This document shows, piece by piece, positions 25,940 through 37,644 of a stretch of DNA of 64,000 nucleotides. Both the position numbers and the translations under genes were made by a program. The notes beneath the pieces were generated by a model, which saw only the letters and a program-made list of their open reading frames with translations, made no database searches and had not been told where the DNA came from. Source of the stretch: Hypanus sabinus (lineage: Eukaryota); contig NC_082706.1 of NCBI RefSeq assembly GCF_030144855.1, positions 171,120,001-171,184,000 on the forward strand, given 5' to 3'. Numbering within the stretch: the first letter of the stretch is position 1; every line of letters starts with the position of its first letter.

Positions 25940-27039
25940 TTCTGGAGGGAGATGAGATGGTCATAACAGGATCCATGTAAATGGGTACTTGGTCAGCACC
26001 AACTCACTAGACTTAAGAGTTTGTTTCTGTACCACCTGACTACTGTGATCCCAGTGATTACTTCCTTGCAACCACAGTATCAATTCCTACAAGTGTATTC
26101 AAATTTTTGCTCTTAACTTGGCAATTTTGCTTCAGATATTTAAATATTGAGTTCTTAAGCTTGTCAGTTTTACCACGTTTCCCAGCAGCAGCCCCAAGGT
26201 AGCCCCCAGCTGCCTCTGAAATTAAGTGACCTGCCAGGAGTGCCAGCAGAATGTGGCTTAAAGCAAGAGACAGGGAATGGTGACAACTGACATTCCAGGT
26301 TACAGGAGCATTTACTGAAAGATAACCTGAAGAGGCTTCTTGGAAAAAGACAGTACAAGGTCCTTCTCGATAATGAAAGGCTAGATCCTTTGCAAAAGCC
26401 TCAGAGGTTTAAGTACTGACATCTAATGTATAGAACTGACACATCTAGACTGAACAATGTAAAGAAATTTAATTTTTCTACATGTTATTTATGATAAGCT
26501 TGTTAGATCCCTAGAGTAAGCAGCACAGAAACAGGTCCTTCACCCCAACTCATTCAATGGTCCATCAAGCCGGTCCCATTCATCTAAATTTTGCCCAAAT
26601 CCCTCTAAACCTTATGTATTCATCCAAATAGCTTTTCAATGTATGTTGTTGAAGTAATGCTGAGAGAAAGTAGGGTCTGCTGAAAATCCTTGGTACTTAG
26701 AGTACTGGTTAATCCAGACACAGCTGCACACGACCTGTGCTCAAATTGAGGCTGACTGACTTTTAAACTGTTGGGGGGGGGGGGGTTGGGGGGGTAGAGA
26801 CAGAAGCTAAGCACTGTCTGAAAACAACAGCAGGATGCTGGTGGCTGGATGTCACAAAATGCTTGGTACCTACATACTGCTTAAGCGGAGTTACTGAAAT
26901 GTAATGGCTACAAATGCAGAGTCACAGACCACTACAGCAGAGGAGCTGGTCCTGCACCCATTTAGTCAGTGCTGGAATATTATGTTGCCAAGTTCCATCA
27001 TCCTGCCCTTAGACTTCAACACTTCTCCCTATGTACCTA

Positions 27040-27920
27040 TCCAAATTTTTCTAATGTCAAAATTAAATCCCCATCCTCCACTTGCAGTCCATACTCTCAC
27101 CACTTTCAGTGAATTTCTTCCTCAGGTTCCCCTTAAGTTTCACTTTTTGCCCCTAACCCATAAACCCTAATACTAGTCTCACTCAACCTCAGTGGAAAAA
27201 GACTGCTTGCATTTACCCCATCTTTACTCCTCAATTTTGAATACTTTTATCAAATACCCCTCATTCGCCTATGCTCTAGGGAATAATGTCCTAAACTATC
27301 CAACTTTTCCCTATACCTCAGGTCCTCCAGTCCTGACAACATCCTTGTAAATTTTCTGTGCCTATGTCTTCTGTAAGTAGGTGCCCAGAACTGCACACAA
27401 TATGCCAAATTAGGTATCATTGACATCTTGTACAGTTCAACATAATATCCCATGTTCTGTATTCATTTCTCAGTCCATTTATCCAGCTGGTCCAGATCCT
27501 GCAAGCTTTGATAGTCTTCCTTACTGTCCAAAAATTTGCTGATCCAGTTTACCACATCATCATCAGATCATTGGTATAGGTGACAAGCAACAGCAGACCC
27601 AGCACAGATCCCTGCGGCACACCACTAGCCATTGGCCTCCATTCAGAGAGGCAACCATTTACTACCACTCTCTGGCTTGCTCTTGCGAAACTGATACAAA
27701 ATTAATTTACTACTGCTGAATGCCAAGCTTCTGAATTTTCTTGACTAACCTCTAATGTATGATCTTGTCAAAGGCCGTGCATGTCTACATAGACAATATC
27801 CACTGCTTTTCCTTCAACTTTCCTGGCAACTTCCTCCAACTCCAAGATTGGCTAGACATAGCCTACCACGCACATAGCTGTGATGACATTTCCTAATTAG
27901 TCCCTGTCCATCCAAATACT
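27040..27920 (-). mobile_element. Decayed CR1 ORF2 3' half
   Basis: YCVQFWAPTY...KFTRMLSGLEDL; gtggtgtgccgcagggatctgtgctggg (GVPQGSVLG) on the minus strand. Confidence 0.82.
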
Positions 27921-28739
27921 TACAACACCCGTTCCCTTAGATCTGGGTCCTTCCTAAACTCATTAGCAGTCCCATTTCCTCTCAGGCGTCTGGAGGAAGC
28001 TGCAGAGTAAGCTCCGTTTACTCTGGACCCCTCTTTTTTTTAAATTGAGAGACAAGAAATGCAGCTCTGGGAGTCCTGAAATAAAATCAACAGCAGCAAA
28101 AAAAAATCAAAACCAATAGAAGGGCGTAGCGGAGCAGGAGGCAGCTGTGGAAGGAAAGACCGATTTAAAGTCTCGAGTGTGAAGCAGGATGTCATGTTTC
28201 GGAGGGGCGGGAAGCTGACGCTGTTTAAACCTACGGGCAATGAGATTTGGCATTAAAGGAGCCAGTAGTAGGACTCGGCTGAAATTAGACGGCAGTGTGA
28301 CGCCAAAGTAAAAGGTGGATAACTACTAGTGATAATTACGCACGAGAAAAACACGATATGAAAATTAAAACGAAGACCAAGAAAACACACTGGAAAAGAT
28401 GAGCCGCCAACCTGAATGGAATTGAGAAGTGTTTCGCTGTCGGAGAAATAAACAGTGCCCATCAAACGCAGCAGAACTAGGACGTAATGTAAACTGTTGA
28501 TGTGCTACACCTGTCTTCATCAGGGAAGAGGACGATCCCCAAATAACCAGCCGTAGACACAATGGAGAGGTTTTTTTTAAAAAAAATCGCATACATTCAA
28601 AAGTTTGTCTGAATTTAAATTAGCGAAGTCACCACGGTTCAGAGAGGAATTCTTCCAGTTTTATTGGGATCCTAAACCGCACTGATCTTCGGACATGAAA
28701 GTGGTGCCGGGGGAGTGAATGACGTAATTGTTAATCTTA

Positions 28740-28975
28740 CAGAAACATAGAAAACCTACAGCGCAATACAGGCCCTTCGGCCCACAAAGTTATGCCGAGC
28801 GCGACCCTACCTTAGAAATTACTGGGCTTACCTATAGCCCTCTATTTTACTAAGCTCCATGTACCCATCTAAAAGCCTCTTAAAAGACCCTATCGTATCC
28901 GCCTCCACCATCGTTGCCGGCAGCCCATTCAACGCACTCACCACTGAGTTAAAAAAAATTAACCCTGACATCTCC
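28740..28975 (-). mobile_element. CR1 3' end (CpGs retained)
   Basis: VVSALNGLPATMVEADTIGSFKRLLDGYM; tail ggccgaagggcctgtattgcgctgtagg. Confidence 0.8.
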
Positions 28976-29499
28976 AAGAACTTTTGTTCAAGTTTAAACA
29001 GATCAAAGATCATGCAGGGATTCCCAACTTTTGATCTACAGACCCTTTGCATTTAAAAAGGTCAGGAACCCCTGGACCAGATACGAGGGGTACATTTTGC
29101 ATTTTTAAAAGCTCAGCAACCACAGTGGTGTTTACTTAAAGGACAGTGAATTAACTAAATCCACCGAAAAATTTTGGGAAGATTTAAAACAAGTTCATAA
29201 TTGGAGTAATTAGTTCAGTTCAATTACAGGAATTCCCAGAAAGCTCTCAATAAGGTTTGCAATTTAAACAGTGCATAAAAGCTGGTTAAGCTTTAGCCAG
29301 ATGACCAGGGCAAAACTTTCCCTCCCTGGTGAATAATGGCATTCTTCTGGGATTATTAGGGCAATTAATATACCATATTGAGAATTCAAACCATAACCAA
29401 ACTTGCAGATGACAGAGCTAGTTAGTACTATAAACTTGAGGATACTGGCATATGAATGCAACAGGTTGGTTAAAGGGCGGATGAATTTTGTGGAGAAAC

Positions 29500-31084
29500 C
29501 AAGGATGACATAATACAAGAAATACGGATACAAGAAAATTTCCAAGTCACTGAGTATCCCTTGGAGTACAGTTCAGTCAATCATCAAGAAATGGAAAGAA
29601 TATGGCACAGTTGTAAATCTGCCTAGAGCAGGCCATTCCCAAAAACTAATTAACCATGCAAGAAGGGGACTAGAGAGGGAGACCACCAGAAGACCTATGA
29701 TAACTCTGGAGGAGTTACAAACTTCAGTGGCTGAGATGGGAAGAGACTGCACATACAATTGCCCAGGGATTTCACGAGTCTCAGCTTTATGGGAGCATGG
29801 CAAAGAGAACGCCACTGTTTGGAAAAAAAAATTCAAATGAAAGGTTCACAAGGTTAATTCCCGGAATGGCAGGACTGTCATATGTTGAAAGATTGAAGCG
29901 ACTGGGCTTGTATACACTGGAATTTAGAAGGCTGAGAGGGGATCTGATTAAAACATACAAGATTATTAAGGGATCGGACACACTGGAGGCTGGAAGCATG
30001 TTCCCGCTGATGGACGAGTCCAGAACTGGAGGCCACAGTTTAAGAATAAGGGGTAGGCCATTTAGAACAGAGATGCAGAAAAACTTTTTCACCCAGAGAG
30101 TGGTGGATATGTGGAATGCTCTGCCCCAGAAGGCAATGGAGACCAAGTCTCTGGTTGCATTCAAGAGTGTTAGATAGAGCTCTTATAGATAGCAGGTCAA
30201 GGGATATGGGGAGAAGGTAGGAACAGGGTACTGGTTGTGTATGATCAGCCATGATCACAGTGAATGGTGGTGCTGGCTAGAAGGGCCGAATGGCCTACTC
30301 CTGCACCTATTGTCTATTGAAATCTCAGCTAAAATTTGCTAAAGACACGTGGAAGACTGAAGTCAGCTGGAAGGAGGATCTGTGGTCTGATGAAATCAAA
30401 ATTGAGGTTTTTGGCTATCAGATTAATTGCTCGTTTGTAGCAAGCTAAACATTGCACAGAAACACACCATCCCTACTGAGCATCATTCTATGGGGAAGTT
30501 TCACTGCAGCAGGCACTGGAAGGCTTGTGAAAGTAGAGGGTAAAATGAATGCAGCAAAATATAGGGAGATCCTAGAGGAAAATAGACTCTGGGAGAAGAT
30601 TTATTTTCCAGCAAGACAATAACCCCAGCACAAAACCAGATCTACATGGGAATGACTTAAAAACAAAGTTAATGTCCTGGTGTGGCCAAGTCAGAGCCCA
30701 GACCTCAAACCAATTGAGAATTTGTGGTTGGACTTGAAAAAGGCTGTTCACTCATGATCCCCATACAATCCAACAGAGCTTGAGCATTTTTGTTAAGAAT
30801 AATGGGAGGGGGGGGGGAATCATTTTTCAGATGGGCAAAGCTGATAGAGACCCATTCACAGACTCAAGGCTGTAACCGCTGCCAAAGGGACATCTACTAA
30901 ATACCGACTTCAAGGGGGTGAATACTTATGCAATCAATTTATTGTATATTTGTAATTAATTTAGGTCACTTTAAATCTGTTTTCCGGAGCGTCTCTGTTG
31001 ATCAACGTCAAAATAAATCTATACTGATTCGATGTTATAAAACATGAAACTTCCGGGGGCTGAATATTTTTCATAGCTACAGTA
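29500..31084 (+). mobile_element. Tc1-like (DD34E, IR/DR-type) transposon remnant, 5' truncated, interrupted by CR1
   Basis: GYKKISKSLSIPWSTVQSIIKKWKEYGTVVNLPRAG; WSDE.KIE.FG; FQQDNNPQH; [15 protein letters not shown]; inner and outer repeats gggggtgaatactt (~30914) / gggggctgaatatt (~31055). Confidence 0.88.
29840..30318 (+). mobile_element. CR1 (HER1-like) 3' fragment inserted into Tc1
   Basis: [18 protein letters not shown]...NFFTQRVVDMWN; tail (ctattgt)n; possible tgaaa TSD. Confidence 0.92.
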
Positions 31085-32173
31085 TGGGATATACAAATGC
31101 ACTATTTACACCTGGTAGCAGGGTCGATTGTGAAACTGCCTTCGGTATCTCCAAAATTGAAATGGAATAGCTCACACAAGTTCAGGGTTTAAAAATCAGT
31201 CAAGGCAATTATTTACAGCTCGTCACCAATACGAACTCCCCAGTATTTTACTCATTTGGTATTGTTACAGTGGCCCGGGGGGAGAGAGAAGAGAAAGGAA
31301 GAGAACCTTCCGCTATTTGGGTGTGCTCCCTTACCCATCCAGGTACACAACTGGGACCATTTAACCGGTTATCCAGCTCGGGATAGAAGGCAAGCAAGGC
31401 TTAGTTAGCATTTAATGACTGCCGGAGTCATTAGAAAAGAAAACATTAGACTTGGTGTGATTTTATGGTTTTGGAATGGCAAAGGCAAAAAAAAAGTATC
31501 TCGTGGCAAACAATGCTTGTTCCAGTTTATGCCTCGGCAAGTGTAGTGATGCAGACACTTAAATCTACGTTAAATACAAAACTCCCAACTCAACAGTAAG
31601 AACATGTATCGCTTGAAAATAGATTTCACCCGTTTGTGCTTCAACTCAAAAAAGGAATTTATCCAATTGCACTGTTAGTTGCGATTTGAAGTTCGCCTCT
31701 AGTAACGTAAAGGGGTGGCTGTTGGGGAGATGCGTCTCAAAAATGTGTATTCTAATAAGCCCCAAACAGGGCAGCTACTGCCACAGAAAACGGGCAGTCG
31801 GCACGAGTGTGGAGGGCTTTTAAACTGGAATGTTTCCCATTTTGGCCGAACCGTCTGGAGTGTAATAGCTAGCAGACTTCATTATAGTTACTTCGCGGTC
31901 AGGTTCCACAAGAACACAACTGATCCGCTTGCTTCTACATTCAACACTGAACCAAATTTGCCATACGACTTTTAAACAAAGACGTGTTTGTGTTCTGAAT
32001 TTGAAAATTAACATTCAACATTCACGTACGTCATCGGTGGAGCAAACACCAAACATGCTGTACGATTTCAGCAGCCTTCCCGGAATAGAAAACAAGACAG
32101 CCAACTCCATTCGAGGGGGATTTCCCAACTCTTCCTTCCATTTAGAGCGTTAAATACAACAGATCTGAAATAT

Positions 32174-32184
32174 TTTATTTTATT
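32174..32184 (-). terminator. MOS: Overlapping AATAAA signals, probable MOS polyA site
   Basis: Minus strand AATAAAATAAA ~80 nt after the stop, followed by GU-rich ctgttgtattt. Confidence 0.65.
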
Positions 32185-32264
32185 TGAACAGTTAATTTCG
32201 CTCAGTGTCGACAACAGAAAACGTGAATGAGCATATTTTAATTACACATTTCTAAAACGATATT

Positions 32265-33263
32265 TTATAGTAGAGACTTCAAGTTAACAATAGTTTCTAA
32301 CAATTGTTCTGCACTAGGTCTATTAATCGGCTCAACCGCCCAACAGTCATCAATGACAGACCGAATCCTACGGCCCATCAAAGTCTCGTTGAAAACAGGA
32401 GAGAAGGGAGGGCGCAGGTTGTAAGCCACTACTGCGTACATTACACACTGGCGATCGCCAGAAAAGGGGTGGTCTCTGCTCACCATCTGCCAGAGGGTGA
32501 TGGCGAAAGAGTAGATATCCGCCTTAAGCGTGGCGTTGCAGCCCCTCAGCAGCTCTGGCGCCCGGTGGGTGTAGGTACCTCCCAGATGCCGCAATTGGCC
32601 ATTGGGTCTCAAGTCATTGCTGGCCGCCAGTTTGTCAGAACAACCAAAGTCACCAATTTTACAGCGTCCCGAATCTGTGAGGAGTACGTTGGCTGGTTTC
32701 AGGTCGAGATGGACGATGCTGAGAGAGTGGAGGAAACTCAGTCCGCTCACAATGTCACTCGAAAATCTCAGGCATTCTCCGACCTCTAGTGAATCGGCAC
32801 TGTTATAAATCCGATGGTCTAGGCTTGCTCCTCCTACGTATTCCATGATGATGGTTCCCACACAATCCTCGAGCTGCGGACTCGCGGGGACAGACGTGGT
32901 GGCTGCTACAACTTTCACGATGTTCTCATGCACCAGGTGTGCGACATTCAGCTCCGCCCAGAAACTCTGTCTAGCGGCCAGATTGTTCTTGGTGCACTTT
33001 CTTACTTTCTTTATTGCCACAGTGTTACCGTAGTAAGTTCCTTTATAAACCCAGCCGAAGCCTCCCGAGCCCAGAAGGTCGAATAGCTTTAATTCATCCC
33101 AAATGACCGTATACCAAGGCCGTTGCGGCAGCTCCTTAGTTTGCTTCACGAAAGAGAAATGCTGTCTTCTCTGGAGCTGATTGGGACTGCTACATGCTCG
33201 CAAAGTAATGGCAGGAGGAAATCCTTTCGGTAAAATTCGGTGAACAGGGATCGGCGACGGCAT
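32265..33263 (-). CDS. MOS: Proto-oncogene Ser/Thr kinase Mos (MAPKKK, oocyte meiotic arrest), single exon, 332 aa
   Basis: N-terminus MPSPIP (Pro2/Ser3), LGSGGFG, VAIK, QSFWAELN, HLDLKPANV, DFG, GGTYTHRAPE, YAVVAYNLRP; intronless; between RPS20 and PLAG1. Confidence 0.97.
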   Translation of the reverse strand: MPSPIPVHRILPKGFPPAITLRACSSPNQLQRRQHFSFVKQTKELPQRPWYTVIWDELKLFDLLGSGGFGWVYKGTYYGNTVAIKKVRKCTKNNLAARQSFWAELNVAHLVHENIVKVVAATTSVPASPQLEDCVGTIIMEYVGGASLDHRIYNSADSLEVGECLRFSSDIVSGLSFLHSLSIVHLDLKPANVLLTDSGRCKIGDFGCSDKLAASNDLRPNGQLRHLGGTYTHRAPELLRGCNATLKADIYSFAITLWQMVSRDHPFSGDRQCVMYAVVAYNLRPPFSPVFNETLMGRRIRSVIDDCWAVEPINRPSAEQLLETIVNLKSLL

Positions 33264-33796
33264 CTTACTTGAGGGAGACTCCCCCCCAATAAATTTGTGA
33301 AGCACTGCCCCCCCGGCAGTGCCCTTTATTGCTGACTGTTAATTGGTGTAAATGAGTTACATCTGCACTTCGTTAGCGAAGCTCGATGCACTCTGGTCAA
33401 ATGAATGACCTCAAGAATAAACGAGGAACTTCCAATAAAAATTAAGAAGTTTCAATTAAATCAGTTGTTAAAGAACATTTCGATAACGTTATACAATTAT
33501 CTCTAAGGAGAATTGTTATCAATTAGCAACGGCCAATGAAGCTTTCAAACGGCTTTTTAGAGGTAATCGAGTCATAGAAAAACACAACATGGATAAGGGC
33601 CTTTTATCCCAAACAAGGTGCCGGCTCAGCGAGTCCTAACCTTATCCTCCTCCTAATCAGATACTGTCTATCTAAATACTGGCAGATTACAGCATGACCC
33701 TTAGAATTCCCTCCAATAATTATCCGACTACTGATCGACCTATAGTTCCCTGGATTGTCCTTTCTACTATTTTTAACGACATCTTGTCAAGTAGAG

Positions 33797-33925
33797 AGAC
33801 ACAAGAGATTCTGTAAATCTTGAGCAACACACACAAAATACTGGAAGAACTCAGCAGGTCAGGCAGCATCTAAGAAGGGAAATAAAGAATGGATGTTTCA
33901 GACTCAGACCCTTCACCAAGACCCA
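33797..33925. repeat. Left arm of the palindromic Penelope-like element
   Basis: cacaaaatactggaagaactcagcaggtcaggcagcatct...gatgtttcagactcagacccttcacca. Confidence 0.75.
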
Positions 33926-34257
33926 AGCAAGCTGGATTTGAGTGAGAATGTGCCACTCATCAAAAACAAGATTTAGTCATTGGAGAATTTTATTAGACTA
34001 AAAAGATGAAATGTGATTTTCAAGACTGACTGGAAAAAAATCACAAGGTGTCTTACCCCCAGCCCATCCCAACCCCCTTTCAAAAGGTTAATTTGTTCTT
34101 TACATTAAATGTTTCTCTGTAGTGTATTTGTTTCCTGGAATGATTTTAAATTTCATCAAAATAATCATGTATGGTAATGAATAACTCAAATTATACTCCG
34201 GGACTTTACTCTGAACCTTGTGTGATCTTCAAAGGGTATTTGTCACACATCCGGCAT

Positions 34258-34670
34258 GCATCAAATTTTCTTTTTCAGACAGATAGTCAGACAGACATAC
34301 TTTTTCGATCCCGAGGGAAATTTGGTTTCGTTATAGTCGCACCAACCAAGATTAGTGAAGAAATATAGCAATATAAAACCCATAAATAATAAGTAAATAA
34401 TGCCAAGTGGAAATGAGTCCAGGACCAGCCTATTGGCTCAGGGTATCTGACACTCCTAGGGAGGAGTTGTAAAGTTTGATGGCCACAGGTAGGAATGACT
34501 TCCTATGATGCTCAGTGTTACATCTCATTGGAATGAGTTCTCTGGCTGAATGTACTCCTGTGCCTAACCAGTACATTATGGAGTGGATGGGAGACATTGT
34601 CCAAGATGGCATGCAACTTGGACAGCATCCTCCTTTCAGACACCACCATCAGAGAGTCCAGTTCCACCCC
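34258..34670 (-). mobile_element. Rex1/Babar-like 3' end (same subfamily as 11590-11975)
   Basis: HHRKSFLPVAIKLYNSSLGVSDTLSQ nearly identical to the other copy. Confidence 0.85.
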
Positions 34671-35169
34671 CACAAGAAGAAGTTCGGCCATGAAGTGGAT
34701 AAATTTAAGTAAGATGGCAATACATTGCCTCTGTTAATATCACCACTAACACACTGAGCGGTGAACTCTCATCTTATGACCTTAATTTTAATTCTTGTTT
34801 TTCTCACCATAGTGTTTGAGTAACCTATCATTTTCTGTATTTATTTCAGATATCCAGCTTTTTTATTTGTTCATTGGAGATGAATGTTGCCAGTTATATT
34901 TTCATTTATTGCCCGTTCCCATTTGGCTCAGAGCTGAGAAGGCTGTTCAAAGTCAACAAAATGAGCATGGGTCTGAGGGCTCATCAGGTGGCAGAGTTCC
35001 TCCCCATAAACTTTTGTAAAACCAAGTGGTTTTTACAATGTAATAGTTCTGACACTTACTGTTACCAAAATTAGCTTTTCTTATAAAATAAGTCCAATTT
35101 CCCAAAATATTAATAGTTTAAACTATCAGATGTCTTTGGGATTCACAGATAGTACTGTACTGGAATGAA

Positions 35170-37460
35170 TTACCAGGATCTGTGGATCTGAATTAATACA
35201 CTACAGTTGTCATGAACTTTATGAAAACAGTCGTAGATGAGAGTGTCCCCACAAAATCATTCAGAGTCTTCCCCAACCAGAAGCACTGGATGAACCGAGA
35301 GATTCGCAATCTGCTAAGGGCCAGGTCAGAGGCATTCAAGTCTGGTGACCAAGAAAGTTACAAGAGGGCAGAAAGCCATTTCACAGGCAAAGTGGCAATT
35401 CTGGATTAAACTTGAATCAATGAAAGACACTCGACAGCGGTGGCAGGGTTAGAACTAACGCTGTCACCTCTTGCAAGGTGAAATAAAGCAACATAGGAGA
35501 CAAAAGGGCTTCTAGATGAGTTCAATTCTTTCTATGCTCACTTTGACTATCAAAACATGGAAGAACAATCACAAACTCCCACAGATACCTGATGACACAA
35601 TGATTTCAGACTCTGAGGCTGACATGCCAGGAGGGTGAACCTACAGATAGCATCTGGCCCTGATGGGATACCTGGCCAAGTACTGAAGTCCTGTGCTGAT
35701 CAGCTGGCTGGAGTGTTCACTGAGGTCTTTAGCATCTTGCTTTGGCAGTCTGATGTACCCATCTGCTTCACATAGGTTTCAATTATACCGGTGCTTAAAA
35801 AGAATGCGGTAACCTTCCTCAACGACTATCATCCAGTAGCAGTTACATCCACTGTGATGAAGTGCTTTGAAAAGTGGGTAATGAGACATATCAACTTCTG
35901 ATGAGAAACAAATTGGATCCACTCCAATTTGTCTACTGGCACAACAGGTCCACAGCAGGTGCCATTTCATTGGCTCTTCACTCAAACCTGCAACTTCTGG
36001 ACAGCAAAGAAGCCTACATCAGGCTGGTTTTTATTGACTACAACTGGACATTCAATACTATCAGCCCCTCAAAACTGGTTAATAAGTTTCAAGATCTTGT
36101 CTTCAGTACCTTCTTATGCAATTGTTTCCATGATTTCCCATAAAATGGCAGGCAATTTGGATTGGCAACAACATCTCTTCTACTATTTCCCTCAGCAAAG
36201 GTGCATCACAAGGTTTTTTACAAAGCTTCCTGCTCTACTCACTTTACACTTATGACTGTGAGGCAAAGCACAACTCCAATGCCATATTTACTTTGCTGAT
36301 GACACCACTATTGGGCAAATCCAAGGTTGTAACGAATCAACATATAGAAGGGTGTTTGAAAATCTGGCTGAGTGGTGCAACAACAACAAACTCTTTCTCA
36401 ATGTCTGCAAGACCCAAGAGCTGATTATTGACTTCAGGAGGAAGAAACTGGGCATCCAAAGGCCAGTCCTCATCAGGAGATCAGAGGAGAAGAGGGTCAG
36501 CAACTTTAAGTTCCTTAGTGTTATTATTTCAGAGACCTGTCCTGGGCCCAGCACGCAAGTGCAATTATGAAGAAGGTACGACATTGCCTCTACTTCCTTA
36601 GAAGTTTGAGAAGATTCGGCATGACATCTAAAAATTTGACTAACTTTAGTGGTGAAGAGTAGTGGCTTCATCACTGCCTGGTTTGGAAACACAATTGCCT
36701 TTGAATGGAAAATACTACAAAAGTCCATCAAACGTAAAGCTCTCCCAACCATTAGGTACATCTACACAAACGCTGCATTCATCATCAGGACTCCCAACCT
36801 GTTCTCTTCACGCTGATGCTATCAGGAAGAAGGTACAGGAGCCTCGGGACTCACACCACCAGGTTCAGGAACAGGTATGATCCCTCAGCCATCAGGCTCT
36901 TGAACCAGAGGAGATAACTTCACTCAGCTTCACCTGCCCCTTCATTGAACTATTCTCACAACCTATGGACACACTTTCAAGGACTCTTNNNNNNNNNNNN
37001 NNNNNNNNNNNNNNNNNNNNNNNNNNNNNNNNNNNNNNNNNNNNNNNNNNNNNNNNNNNNNNNNNNNNNNNNNNNNNNNNNNNNNNNNNNNNNNNNNNNN
37101 NNNNNNNNNNNNNNNNNNNNACAATTTGTTTTCTTCTGCACACTGGTTGTCCACCCTATTGGTGCAGTCTTGAAGTGAATTGAATTGAGTTTATTTCTTA
37201 CATCCTTCACATACATGAGGAATAAAAATCTTTACATTACATCTCTGTCTAAATGTGCAATCATAGTAATTTATAATAAATAGACCATTCAATGTAACAT
37301 AGAAATACACTCAAATCAGCGTGTTAATCAGTTTGATGGCCTTTAAGTTATTCTATTATGGTTATTGGATTTATTGAGTATATCTGGAAGAAAATGAATC
37401 CCAGGATTATATATTGTGACATATATGTACCTTGAAAATAAATTTTCTGTGAACTTTGAA
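35170..37460 (+). mobile_element. Decayed Rex1/Babar-like LINE spanning the assembly gap
   Basis: FPNQKHWMN, LDPLQF.Y..NRST..AISLALH, FIDYN.TFNTISP, FADDTT, KTQELIIDFRRK. Confidence 0.88.
36989..37120. other. Assembly gap (132 N)
   Basis: Run of N. Confidence 1.
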
Positions 37461-37644
37461 ATTTTGGATTCTGGCTGCAAATCCAGCAATTTAATTACTA
37501 TTGTACCCAGGTGTTTGTAGAATTAACTTTGAAAAACCCTCCTATTGTTGGGTAGGCAAAACTGAATTTTTAAGAGATAACTGATTATCTCAAATTTGTG
37601 GAACTGTTTTAATCTTCCTGTCAATCATTTTATTCATTTATTAA

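Noticed and set aside
32304-33033. Plus-strand ORFs (161, 68 and 62 aa) over MOS
   Set aside because: Antisense shadows of a GC-rich coding sequence, with no recognisable motifs.
33264-33305. 14-codon N-terminal extension of MOS in the ORF track
   Set aside because: It begins at a non-ATG codon; the conserved Mos start MPSP is at 33263.
36892-37216. ORFs containing X runs
   Set aside because: Artefacts of the N gap.
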